Assembly (NCBI GenBank): GCA_017624155.1
Contig: JAGANS010000072.1
Span: 1,962-65,961, forward strand
Source of the DNA: Muribaculaceae bacterium
Lineage (GTDB): Bacteria; Bacteroidota; Bacteroidia; Bacteroidales; Muribaculaceae
DNA: 64,000 nucleotides
Reading direction: 5' to 3'
The translations under genes were made by a program, and so were the position numbers. Positions 1 through 9,557 of the stretch are shown here, piece by piece. The stretch's first letter is position 1. Every line of letters begins with the position of its first letter. Below the pieces are notes generated by a model. That model ran no database searches, was not told where the DNA came from, and worked only from the letters and a program-made list of their open reading frames with translations.

Positions 1-524
1 TAAGAGCCAGATACCTGCCAGCGGCGGAACAGTTCGGCACCGACGCCGGCTGTGAGGCCAAGGTCTCCGCCCGAGCATTTGAATGCCGAGCAGTTGGAAT
101 GGCCGACCTGAAGAGTAAAGTCCGGGCCGCCGTAAACGAAGGGCGCAATTTTTTCCTCAAATCCATTGAGACGTGTATATTTAAACCGCAGATGCACGGG
201 TATCTGCAACGAGTGCAGATATACATGTTCATCGCCATATCCGAGGGAACTCCACACCAGCTTTTCGCCAAGGTCGACACGCGCTCCCTGCTGGGCATAC
301 AGCAGGCCGATATCTATGCCGAATCCTATGCCCGGGAACATGAGCTCGCCCATGACGCCGGCTGTAAAACCGGGCTGCTGCCCGATAGTAACGAGGTCCT
401 GTTTGAACTTTAGAGTATTGATATTCGCACCGACTACCGGCCCGTATCTGAACTGTGCATTTGCCGCCTCGGGCGCGGCTATCATTATAATCGCTATTAT
501 TACTGCAGCTAATATTTTTTTCAT
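1..524 (-). CDS. Outer-membrane beta-barrel protein (PorT/OMP_b-brl_2-like), 3' end runs off the window
   Basis: Absent from the ORF track because there is no stop in the window. My translation from ATG at 524 is MKKILAAVIIAIIMIAAPEAANAQFRYGPVVGANINTLKF...LQIPVHLRFKY...APFVYGGPDF...LGLTAGVGAELF: a signal peptide ending ANA|Q followed by amphipathic beta-strands. Confidence 0.75.
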   Translation of the reverse strand, partial: MKKILAAVIIAIIMIAAPEAANAQFRYGPVVGANINTLKFKQDLVTIGQQPGFTAGVMGELMFPGIGFGIDIGLLYAQQGARVDLGEKLVWSSLGYGDEHVYLHSLQIPVHLRFKYTRLNGFEEKIAPFVYGGPDFTLQVGHSNCSAFKCSGGDLGLTAGVGAELFRRWQVSGS

Positions 525-554
525 GTCGTAGGGTGTTGTACCTGAATATATCGG

Positions 555-562
555 CAAAGTTA
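555..562 (-). promoter_or_regulatory. Bacteroidota sigma-A -7 element (TAACTTTG)
   Basis: Matches TAnnTTTG, 30 nt upstream of the ATG at 524. Confidence 0.65.
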
Positions 563-637
563 CACGATTTTTTGGAAAAAGCGGTACTCGGTATGTCATT
601 ATTGTGTTAAAAAGCGTGAACACATCAGGCATGAAGC

Positions 638-2086
638 CTATGTACGCCTTGCTCTGACAGAATTAAGCACTGTATAGCGCACCTTGTATCCGAGGCTTAT
701 CACAACCATCGACACTATAGGCGTGAGATAGTTGAAAATGCAATATGGCAGGTATTCGAGCGTGGGAACACCGAGCACAGTCGACTGTGTGACACCACAA
801 GAGCTCCACGGTATCAATGGTGAGGTCACCGATACCGAATCCTCGAGAGTGCGGCTAAGCAACCTCGGCTCGAGGCAAATGCGCCGGTACACCGGCCGGT
901 ACATGTTGCCGTTGACTATTATCGACAAGTATTGGTCGGCAGTGCACGAGTTCAGGGTAAGCCCGGTAGCGATTGTCGCGCCGACGGCTGCAGGTGCACG
1001 GTTGATATGCCGTGTCAGGGCATGTGTGAGTGAGGCCAGCATCCCTGTGCCGATCATCACCCATCCGAAAACAAGCGCGCTTAGGACGAGAAAGACTACC
1101 GGCAATATACCGGCGATACCACCCGTCGCCATAAATTCATCGACAGCAGACGAGCCGGTATAAGGTGCAAAGCCACTGAATACATCGCCGAGCATTTCCA
1201 TGAGTCCTATGCCAAGATGCGGCTGGAGCACGAAAGCACACGCCATCCCGAGCAGAGCACTGGCACCAAGGGTGATTAGCGTAGGCACACGCATGGCTAT
1301 CATCAGCAACGTGATGACCGGTACGACAAGAGTCCATGGAGTGATGTTGAAATACTGACGCAGGCCTGTAAGCATGTCGACCGAGCGGTCGAGCGGCGGC
1401 AGGTCTACCGTCAGACCTTTAATCGAGAATACCACAAGTGCAATAGCCATCGCAGGCAGAGTGGTGATTGTCATGTATCGTATATGGGCGAATAGGTCAA
1501 CACCGCATGTGGAGGAGGCAATAACGGTGGTATCACTCAGCGGCGATACCTTGTCGCCGAAATATGCGCCCGATATAATCGCCCCGGCAGTCCACCCGGG
1601 ATGATAGCCCAGGGCAGAGCCTATACCGATGAATGCCACGCCTATAGTAGCGATAGTAGACCATGAGCTGCCGGTGAGCACCGAAACCATGGCGCACACA
1701 AGGCAGGTGGTAGCCAGAAACCATGTCGGGCTGAGCATTCGCAGCCCATAATCGACGAGAGTCGGCACCACGCCCGAGATCATCCACGTGGTAGCAAGCG
1801 CAGCAATGAATATGAGCATCGGCACCGCAGGCAGAATCTGCGATGCACTGCGGCGCAATCCCACAGCCATCCCTCGTCGGCTCAGCGAACCTGTGCATCG
1901 GGCTACTGCCGCAGCGACAAACGCCGTGCAGAGGAGGATATATGGAGAACGGTCGACCACCTCAAGCGGACCTTTCCATATAATAATTGTGATAAAGCTG
2001 ATAAACAACAGCGCCACCGGAATAGCGGACATCTGCCATGACGGCTCCTTGGGCGACAATGGCAACCAATCTGAAAACTTTTTCAA
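638..2086 (-). CDS. nhaC: Na+/H+ antiporter, NhaC family
   Basis: Multi-TM protein with GSSWSTIATIG, GAYFGDKVSPLSDTT and LSRTLED...PLIPW motifs. TTG start, with TACATTTG -7 at 2127-2134. Confidence 0.85.
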   Translation of the reverse strand: MKKFSDWLPLSPKEPSWQMSAIPVALLFISFITIIIWKGPLEVVDRSPYILLCTAFVAAAVARCTGSLSRRGMAVGLRRSASQILPAVPMLIFIAALATTWMISGVVPTLVDYGLRMLSPTWFLATTCLVCAMVSVLTGSSWSTIATIGVAFIGIGSALGYHPGWTAGAIISGAYFGDKVSPLSDTTVIASSTCGVDLFAHIRYMTITTLPAMAIALVVFSIKGLTVDLPPLDRSVDMLTGLRQYFNITPWTLVVPVITLLMIAMRVPTLITLGASALLGMACAFVLQPHLGIGLMEMLGDVFSGFAPYTGSSAVDEFMATGGIAGILPVVFLVLSALVFGWVMIGTGMLASLTHALTRHINRAPAAVGATIATGLTLNSCTADQYLSIIVNGNMYRPVYRRICLEPRLLSRTLEDSVSVTSPLIPWSSCGVTQSTVLGVPTLEYLPYCIFNYLTPIVSMVVISLGYKVRYTVLNSVRARRT

Positions 2087-2209
2087 TGCAATCTTTCTAA
2101 ACCTTAATGCTTATCTTAAAACGATGCAAATGTACGAAAAATCACATATAAATTGAAAGTATTTCGATTATATTTAAAAATTTTAAACACGAGTTTAAGC
2201 AATTATACT

Positions 2210-2217
2210 TAATTTTG
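2210..2217 (+). promoter_or_regulatory. -7 element TAATTTTG, 4 nt before the ATG of the TrmH gene
   Basis: Sequence reads TAATTTTG-CAGC-ATG. Confidence 0.6.
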
Positions 2218-2221
2218 CAGC

Positions 2222-3019
2222 ATGATAACAGAAATCGAGTCTTTAGACACGCCCGAGATACAGGTATACTCAGCCCTCACCGAGGCACAACTGCGCAACC
2301 GCATTGCCCCGGCCGACGGCATATTTATTGCCGAGAGCCCCAAGGTGATCCGCGTCGCTCTCGATGCCGGCTATCAGCCGCTGAGCATGCTGTGCGAACG
2401 TCGCCACATCACAGGTGATGCCGCCGACATCATAGCGCGCTGTCCCGGTCTTGCGGTATACACCGGCAGTCGCGAACTGCTGCAGAGCCTGACCGGCTAC
2501 ACGCTCACCCGCGGTGTGCTGTGCGCCATGCGTCGCCCCGTGTTGCCGGCAGTGGCCGATATTGTGAACGGGGCCAGGCGCGTGGCCGTCATCGACGGCG
2601 TCACAGACACTACAAACATCGGAGCAATATTCCGCTCGGCAGCCGCACTCGGCATTGATGCCGTACTGCTCACAGCAACTTCCTGCGATCCTCTGAACCG
2701 ACGGTCGGTGCGGGTATCCATGGGTTCGGTATTTTTGGTGCCATGGACATGGCTCGATGCGCCGGTAGATAGTCTTAAAGCCTATGGACTGAAGACAGCT
2801 GCCATGGCCCTGAGTGACGACTCGGTGCCGCTCGACTCCCCCACCCTGTGCGCCGAACCACGACTGGCCATAATACTCGGCACCGAAGGCGACGGACTGG
2901 CGCAGCACGTCATAGATGGCGCGGACTACACCGTACGCATCCCCATGGCTCACAATGTCGACTCGCTCAACGTAGCCGCAGCCTCGGCTGTCGCCTTCTG
3001 GCAACTGCGTGTTAACTGA
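2222..3019 (+). CDS. TrmH/SpoU family RNA 2'-O-methyltransferase
   Basis: SPOUT motifs DTTNIGAIFRSA, ILGTEGDGL and IPMAHNVDSLNVAAA. Confidence 0.9.
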   Translation: MITEIESLDTPEIQVYSALTEAQLRNRIAPADGIFIAESPKVIRVALDAGYQPLSMLCERRHITGDAADIIARCPGLAVYTGSRELLQSLTGYTLTRGVLCAMRRPVLPAVADIVNGARRVAVIDGVTDTTNIGAIFRSAAALGIDAVLLTATSCDPLNRRSVRVSMGSVFLVPWTWLDAPVDSLKAYGLKTAAMALSDDSVPLDSPTLCAEPRLAIILGTEGDGLAQHVIDGADYTVRIPMAHNVDSLNVAAASAVAFWQLRVN

Positions 3020-3161
3020 ATTTAAATGCCTCGCGCTTTTGAGGCCGATTGATTCAAATAGTGTTAATTTTAAAGCTTATTAACCGCCTTTGATATAATA
3101 ATATCGCCCGGGCGCCGTAATTTTGTGCAGAAGTAAGAAAATATCCTCTATAAAAGACATT

Positions 3162-4622
3162 ATGCACAAGACACAGTACATTCTCCTCTCTCTGGTGCTT
3201 GGCGGTACATTTGCCGTACAGGCACAAACATCGGCACCCTACTCTCCGCAACCTATCTCGCAGCACGAATTCATCAATGCTGCAGAATCGACTGTCAACG
3301 GTGTGGTGTCGGTAAAGAGCTATGCCACTCCTCGCGCTCAGAATTACGGTTACGGCAACGGTGGCTTTGATCCTTTCGACGACCCGATGTTCCGCTTCTT
3401 CTTCGGTGAGCCACAACGCACACCCAGGCAGGAACAGCAGCAGTCCGAGCCCGTACAGATGGGCCTCGGATCCGGTGTAATAATCTCGACCGACGGCTAT
3501 ATCGTCACCAACAACCACGTAATCGACGGTGCCGAGCGACTTGAGATCACCCTAAACGACAACCGCAACTATACTGCTACCGTCATCGGTAACGATCCCG
3601 TCACCGACCTTGCGCTTATCAAGATCGACGCTCCCGACCTCCATGTAATACCGATGGGCGACAGTGAGGATCTGCGCGTGGGTGAGTGGGTACTCGCCGT
3701 GGGCAATCCGTTCGGCTTCACATCAACAGTCACTTCGGGCATCGTCAGCGCCAAGGCACGCAACATCTCCACAGCCACACAAAGCAGGCCAAGCGGAGGT
3801 ATCGAAGCCTATATACAGACCGACGCAGCCGTAAACCGCGGCAACTCGGGTGGCGCACTCGTGAACCTGCGCGGCGAACTTGTCGGAATCAACACCGCCA
3901 TATATTCACAGACCGGAACATACGCCGGCTGTTCATTTGCCATACCGACATCCATAGTTCAGAAAGTTGTCGCCGACCTTAAAGAATTCGGTACAGTACA
4001 GCGTGCATTCCTCGGCATATCATTCCTGGAACTCAGTCCTGAACTCGTAGCAAAGGAAAACATCAAAGGAGCTGTACGCGGCATCTACGTAGCCGAAGTC
4101 CAAGACCGTACTGCAGCACGCGAGGCCGGTATACAGACCGGCGATGTCATAACAGATATCAATGGCATATCCGTCACCGGCACCGCACGCCTTCAGGAAA
4201 TAATGGCGCGCCTCAGCCCCGGCGATCGCATCACCATCACTTATGTGCGCGACGGCAAGAAAGCCACCACCGAAGCCACACTGCGCAACCGCGACGGCAA
4301 GACTTCACTGACCGTGCCCGAAACTACTGCCGGAATCCTCGGAGCGACTTTCGAGACAGCCTCCGAAGAACTGCTCAATAAACTCGAACTCTCACGCGGC
4401 GTGCAGGTGACTATCACCGGTAAAGGCCGATTCAGCGAGGCCGGCATATCCAGCGGCTTTGTAATCACTTCGATCAACGGACAGAAAGTGAGCGAAGGCA
4501 GCGACATCGAGAAGATGTTCGAGGCCATCCGCGCACAGGGAGCCGGAGCCGACAAGGTAATGTTCATTTCAGGCTACTACCCCACAGGCAAGCAAGCCTA
4601 CTACGCCGTCGACCTGCAATAG
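3162..4622 (+). CDS. degP: HtrA/DegP (Do) periplasmic serine protease with two PDZ domains
   Basis: GSGVII, TNNHV, DLALIKI and DAAVNRGNSGG catalytic motifs. Signal peptide from ATG 3162 (MHKTQY...); -7 TAATTTTG at 3118-3125. Confidence 0.92.
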   Translation: MHKTQYILLSLVLGGTFAVQAQTSAPYSPQPISQHEFINAAESTVNGVVSVKSYATPRAQNYGYGNGGFDPFDDPMFRFFFGEPQRTPRQEQQQSEPVQMGLGSGVIISTDGYIVTNNHVIDGAERLEITLNDNRNYTATVIGNDPVTDLALIKIDAPDLHVIPMGDSEDLRVGEWVLAVGNPFGFTSTVTSGIVSAKARNISTATQSRPSGGIEAYIQTDAAVNRGNSGGALVNLRGELVGINTAIYSQTGTYAGCSFAIPTSIVQKVVADLKEFGTVQRAFLGISFLELSPELVAKENIKGAVRGIYVAEVQDRTAAREAGIQTGDVITDINGISVTGTARLQEIMARLSPGDRITITYVRDGKKATTEATLRNRDGKTSLTVPETTAGILGATFETASEELLNKLELSRGVQVTITGKGRFSEAGISSGFVITSINGQKVSEGSDIEKMFEAIRAQGAGADKVMFISGYYPTGKQAYYAVDLQ

Positions 4623-4645
4623 TCTGCTAAAGAGCAGTCTCTAAA

Positions 4646-4707
4646 ACAATACTACAATACCCCGGCAGGAATGAGTCACACATCCTGCCGGGGTATTGTA
4701 GTATTGT
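4646..4707. terminator. Perfect 25-bp inverted repeat between convergent degP and sufS, probably a bidirectional terminator
   Basis: ACAATACTACAATACCCCGGCAGGA (4646-4670) pairs with TCCTGCCGGGGTATTGTAGTATTGT (4683-4707) around a 12-nt loop. Confidence 0.7.
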
Positions 4708-4716
4708 GCGTCTGAA

Positions 4717-5931
4717 TCACCCGAGGATATCGGCTATGCGGACGAGGGTGTCAACAAAATAGTCCGCCTCCTCGAACGTGTTATATGCAGCAAACGAAGC
4801 GCGCACTGTTCCCTCGATGCCGAGTACATGCATCAGTGGCTGAGCACAATGGTGACCGGTGCGCACGGCTATACCCATCTTGTCGAGCAGCATACCGGTG
4901 TCGTAGTGATGTGCGCTGCCAAGCAAAAATGATATCACGGAGCATTTGCCCGGCGCGGTGCCGAAGATACGTATGCCGGGGATGTCCAGCATACGGCGTG
5001 TGGTATATTCGAGCAGCTCGTGCTCGTGAGCGGCAATGTCGGCAACGCCGGTGTCGTGCATGAACGCGACTGCCTGACTGAAAGCGGCAGCGTCGACATA
5101 ATCAGGCGTTCCGGCCTCGAATTTGTAGGGCAAATCGGCCCATGTGGTATGCTCAAAGGTCACGTGACCTATCATCTCGCCACCACCCTGATACGGAGGC
5201 ATACGGTCGAGCAGTTCTCGCCGTCCGTACAAAACACCGATGCCTGTGGGTCCGTACATTTTGTGCGAGGAAAATACATAGAAATCGCAGTCGAGTGCCT
5301 GAACGTCGACCGCTAAATGAGAAACCGCCTGAGCTCCGTCGACACATATCACACAACCGTGGCTATGCGCAATAGCCGCCATCTCGGCCACAGGATTTAC
5401 CGTGCCGAGGACATTTGAAACATGGCATACGGATACAAGGCGTGTACGGGGAGTGAAAAGCCGCCGATATTCATCCATATCAAGCGAACCGTCCGGATGC
5501 ATCGGCACGACCTTTATGACTATACCCCGGCGACTGCGCAACAGTTGCCAGGGCACAATGTTGGAATGATGCTCCATCACGGTGAGTATCACCTCGTCGC
5601 CCTCGTTGAGCAACTCGCCATAGCTTGCCGCCACAAGGTTGATGGCCTCGGTGGTGCCGCGGGTGAATATCACGGCGTCGACCGACGGCGCGTTGATAAA
5701 TCCTCGTGCAGCCTCGCGCGCAGCCTCCATGGCATCGGTGGCCTCCTGCGACAGGCAGTGTACGCCGCGGTGCACATTGGCCTTATGGCTATAATATGCA
5801 TTATCGACTGCCTCGACTACCCTGCGGGGAGTCTGCGATGTGGCGGCATTGTCAAGATAAATCAGCTTGCGGCCATATACCTTACGTTCGAGTATCGGAA
5901 ACTGGCTGCGCAGCGTCTGTATATCGTACAT
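4717..5931 (-). CDS. sufS: Cysteine desulfurase SufS (group II)
   Basis: YLDNAATSQ, EHHSN, SSHKMYGPTGIG (PLP Lys) and RTGHHCA (catalytic Cys). Confidence 0.95.
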   Translation of the reverse strand: MYDIQTLRSQFPILERKVYGRKLIYLDNAATSQTPRRVVEAVDNAYYSHKANVHRGVHCLSQEATDAMEAAREAARGFINAPSVDAVIFTRGTTEAINLVAASYGELLNEGDEVILTVMEHHSNIVPWQLLRSRRGIVIKVVPMHPDGSLDMDEYRRLFTPRTRLVSVCHVSNVLGTVNPVAEMAAIAHSHGCVICVDGAQAVSHLAVDVQALDCDFYVFSSHKMYGPTGIGVLYGRRELLDRMPPYQGGGEMIGHVTFEHTTWADLPYKFEAGTPDYVDAAAFSQAVAFMHDTGVADIAAHEHELLEYTTRRMLDIPGIRIFGTAPGKCSVISFLLGSAHHYDTGMLLDKMGIAVRTGHHCAQPLMHVLGIEGTVRASFAAYNTFEEADYFVDTLVRIADILG

Positions 5932-5939
5932 GGCAATAT

Positions 5940-7277
5940 TTACTTAATGGAACATGTTGAACAACCTGTGCCGCAGCCACGCAGCCGCTTGTCCACGAGA
6001 TGGCGGAGCCTGTCGCGCAGCGGCTCGAGCGATATGGCATCAAGCACGTCGGTCATAAAAGCGTTGATCAGCATCATGCGGGCTTCCTCAACCGGAATGC
6101 CACGCGAACGCATATAAAAGAGGGCATCATCGTCGAGCTGGCCGGTGGCTGCGCCATGCGAGGCTTTCACCTCGTCGCAGTTGATTATGAGCTGCGGCAT
6201 GGTATGCATACGGGCCTCGGCCGAGGCGAGCAGATTCCGGTTCACCTGATGGGCCTCGGTAAATTCGGCGCCCGGCTCTACGGTGACCATTCCCTCGAAC
6301 GCCCCCTGAGCCGAATCGAACAATGCGTATTTGAATAGCTGATCGCTTGTGCAGCGAGAATGGCTATGGCTGATATATGTGGCATTGTCTATTATCTGCG
6401 AACCGCCGCCGATAACAAGACCGCCCAGGCGTGTCGCACACCGCTCGTCAAGATAGCGGGGATAAAATTCATTGCGCGTCATGCCGCCGTTGAGATATAT
6501 CGAGCATACATTGAGGCGAGACCCCTCGGCCTGTGTGGCTGCGAATACCGAGGCACGACGTGAACGAGCCGTGGACTCCTCAAGATCGTAGAAATCAAGT
6601 GTGGCATCACGGCCTACGACAGCCTCGACTACCCGACAACTGAGGTAATCCACTGTATGCACCCGCGGATGGTCGCACATCAGCACTGTTGCATGTGCGC
6701 CATCCTCCACATGTATAAGCACCCGGCGCGCCGCCATCAGAGGCATTGACGCATTGAACAGCGACAATACCTGCACGGGCCGTTCAAAACGCACACCGCG
6801 GCGCACACGGATGAACACACCATCCTGCACAAACATGGTATTGAGAGCCACCACAGGATTATCTATATCGGCAATCTGTTCGGCAAAAAGCTCCGGATAA
6901 AGCTGCGCAGCTTCGGCAAGCGACATCATCTCGACGCCCTCGGGAAGTCTGGCTGCGAGATCACCAACAGGCGTGAAGGCGTCGTTGACAACCATTGCGG
7001 TGCAAGCTCCGACATTGGGCACATCACAGCCAAACTCGGCCGGCATCGCAGCTTTGAAATCCACACGCGCTATATTTATGCCATAATCGGGTGCGAACAT
7101 ATCGTTGAGCGATATTTTCTCAAAACCCTCATCACCGCGTTCGGGCAGCCGCCCTATATGCCGCAAAGCCGCTGCCGCCGCATCACGACGCACGTTGATG
7201 GCATGCGGCGCGTGGCTGTCGATGACATCACGGCTTGTGTCGAAAAGTTCAAGATATTGAGTCAGAGCGTTATCCAT
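5940..7277 (-). CDS. sufD: Fe-S assembly protein SufD
   Basis: PQLIINCDEVKASHGAATG and ALFYMRSRGI; lies between sufC and sufS; Cys-rich tail GCGTGCSTC. Confidence 0.93.
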   Translation of the reverse strand: MDNALTQYLELFDTSRDVIDSHAPHAINVRRDAAAAALRHIGRLPERGDEGFEKISLNDMFAPDYGINIARVDFKAAMPAEFGCDVPNVGACTAMVVNDAFTPVGDLAARLPEGVEMMSLAEAAQLYPELFAEQIADIDNPVVALNTMFVQDGVFIRVRRGVRFERPVQVLSLFNASMPLMAARRVLIHVEDGAHATVLMCDHPRVHTVDYLSCRVVEAVVGRDATLDFYDLEESTARSRRASVFAATQAEGSRLNVCSIYLNGGMTRNEFYPRYLDERCATRLGGLVIGGGSQIIDNATYISHSHSRCTSDQLFKYALFDSAQGAFEGMVTVEPGAEFTEAHQVNRNLLASAEARMHTMPQLIINCDEVKASHGAATGQLDDDALFYMRSRGIPVEEARMMLINAFMTDVLDAISLEPLRDRLRHLVDKRLRGCGTGCSTCSIK

Positions 7278-7280
7278 AGA

Positions 7281-8051
7281 TCAGTTGTTGTCGACTTGTT
7301 CCTTAATCCAGTCATATCCCTTCTCTTCCAGTTCGAGAGCCAGTTCGGGCCCACCCGAATGCACGATACGTCCTTTATAGAGAATATGAACGAAATCAGG
7401 CCTGATATAGTCGAGCAGACGCTGATAGTGGGTTATGACGATAGTGGCGTTGCGGTCGGTTTTCAGCTTATTGACGCCCGAAGCCACTATGCGCAGGGCG
7501 TCGATATCGAGCCCCGAATCTGTCTCATCGAGAATCGAGAGGCGCGGTTCAAGGACTGCCATCTGGAAAATCTCATTACGCTTCTTCTCGCCTCCCGAAA
7601 ATCCTTCATTCACCGATCGCGATGCAAGCTTATTGTCGAGTTCGACAACAGCACGCTTCTGACGCATCAGTTTGAGAAAGTCACCGGCCGAAAGAGGAGC
7701 TTCGCCAAAATACTTGCGCTTGGCGTTAACTGCCGCACGCATGAAGTTGACCATTGACACACCGGGAATCTCGACCGGATACTGGAACGATAGGAAAAGC
7801 CCCTCGTGGCTGCGGTCTTCGGGCGAGAGCGACAGCAGATCGAGTCCGTGGAAGTCGGCGCTGCCGCCGGTAACATTATATCGCGGATTGCCGGCCAGAA
7901 CGCCCGAGAATGTACTCTTGCCCGAGCCGTTAGGCCCCATGATGGCGTGAACCTCGCCGGGGCGCACGGTCAGATTGATGCCACGCAGAATTTCTTTACC
8001 TTCGATACCTGCGTGCAGGTCTTCAACTTTAAGTAATATTTCCTGATCCAT
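7281..8051 (-). CDS. sufC: Fe-S assembly ATPase SufC
   Basis: GPNGSGKST, FQYPVEIPGV, FSGGEKKRNE and LDETDSGLD. Confidence 0.96.
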   Translation of the reverse strand: MDQEILLKVEDLHAGIEGKEILRGINLTVRPGEVHAIMGPNGSGKSTFSGVLAGNPRYNVTGGSADFHGLDLLSLSPEDRSHEGLFLSFQYPVEIPGVSMVNFMRAAVNAKRKYFGEAPLSAGDFLKLMRQKRAVVELDNKLASRSVNEGFSGGEKKRNEIFQMAVLEPRLSILDETDSGLDIDALRIVASGVNKLKTDRNATIVITHYQRLLDYIRPDFVHILYKGRIVHSGGPELALELEEKGYDWIKEQVDNN

Positions 8052-8072
8052 GTCTTATACTTTATATGTTTG

Positions 8073-9536
8073 TTACCCCACGCTGTTCTCGAGAGTTATC
8101 TGAAGGAGTTTCTGAGCCTCCACGGCAAATTCCATAGGCAGTTTGTTCATCACTTCCTTGGCATATCCGTTGACGATAAGTCCGACGGCCTCCTCGGTAG
8201 GAATACCGCGCTGGTTACAGTAGAACAGTTGGTCTTCTGATATTTTGGATGTTGTGGCTTCGTGCTCCACTACGGCGGTTTCGTTCTGCACGTCTATATA
8301 TGGGAATGTATGCGCGCCACACGTAGAACTCAGCAGTAATGAGTCGCACTGTGTATAATTGCGCACGCCCGAGGCCTGAGGGAGCACCTTTACAAGGCCT
8401 CGGTAGGCATTCTCGCTGTGTCCTGCCGAGATTCCCTTCGACACGATGGTAGAGCGAGTGTTGCGCCCAATATGTATCATCTTGGTGCCTGTATCGGCCT
8501 GCTGGCGGTTGTTTGTCACGGCTACAGAATAAAATTCGCCTACCGATCCCTCGCCCTTGAGTATTCACGAGGGATATTTCCATGTGATGGCCGAACCGGT
8601 CTCGACCTGGGTCCACGACAGCTTGGAATAATCACCGCGGCACAGGCCTCGCTTTGTCACGAAATTATAGACGCCGCCGCGGCCTTCGGCATCGCCGGCA
8701 TACCAGTTCTGTACGGTCGAATATTTCACCTCGGCGCGGTCTTCCACCACAATCTCCACGATGGCGGCATGCAGCTGGTTTTCGTCGCGCATCGGAGCCG
8801 TGCAGCCTTCGAGATAGCTGACATAGGCGTCATCGTCGGCCACGATAAACGTACGCTCAAACTGACCTGTACCGGATGCGTTGATACGGAAGTATGTCGA
8901 CAATTCCATGGGGCAGCGGACGCCCTTGGGAATGTACACGAACGACCCGTCGGAAAAGACAGCCGAGTTGAGCGCCGCGAAGAAATTGTCGCGGTAGCTA
9001 ACCACCGAACCGAGATACTTCTTCACCAGATCGGGATAATCCTTCACTGCCTCGGATATGGAGCAGAATATTATACCCATTTTGGCGAGTTTCTCACGGT
9101 GGGTAGTCTTGACCGACACTGAGTCCATCACGGCATCGACAGCCATACCGGTGAGCTGCTTCTGCTCTTCAAGTGGGATGCCGAGTCGGTTGAATGTGTC
9201 GATAAGTTGCGGATCTACCTCGTCGAGACTTTTCGGGCCTTCCTTCTTAACAGGCTCGGCATAGTAGCTTATAGCCTGGAAATCGATGTCGGGGATATCG
9301 AGATGCGCCCAGCGTGGCATTTTCAATGTAAGCCAGTGACGGTAAGCCTTGAGACGGAATTCAAGGAGCCAGTCCGGCTCGCCCTTACGCCTGGATATAT
9401 ATCGCACGACATCCTCATTGAGTCCTGCGTCAAGGATATGCGTGTCTATGTCCGACACGAAGCCATATTTGTATTCGCCCGATGTGGCGTCGCGAATCAC
9501 ATCGTCGTCCACAGGCTTTTTTTCATTCTCTTCCAT
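8073..9536 (-). CDS. sufB: Fe-S assembly scaffold SufB, interrupted by one in-frame TGA at 8567-8565 (codon 324); recoded, nonsense allele or base error
   Basis: ORFs 8565..9548 and 8073..8519 share one frame. Across the junction TGG AAA TAT CCC TCG TGA ATA CTC AAG GGC gives [38 protein letters not shown], matching SufB WKYPSCIL.G..S.GEFYSVA...[17 protein letters not shown] and TQCDSLL are intact. Confidence 0.93.
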
Positions 9537-9557
9537 ATTATATTGCAAGTACCTTGC

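Noticed and set aside
99-531. Plus-strand ORFs 99..413 and 166..531
   Set aside because: They are antisense shadows of the minus-strand beta-barrel gene, which has a signal peptide and a -7 promoter.
5940-5975. Cys-rich SufD tail (GCGTGCSTC)
   Set aside because: To my knowledge similar Cys-rich tails are usual in Bacteroidales SufD, so it is not distinctive here.
8073-8519. Separate 148-aa gene, or intein-split sufB
   Set aside because: It is in frame and contiguous with the upstream part, with conserved SufB residues in the gap and no inserted sequence or intein motifs.
8073-9536. Genome-wide UGA reassignment (code 4 or 25) as the explanation for the sufB stop
   Set aside because: TGA ends full-length genes in the same window and operon (sufC at 7281, sufS at 4717, the TrmH gene at 3019, smpB at 47705), and I noticed no other gene with an internal TGA.
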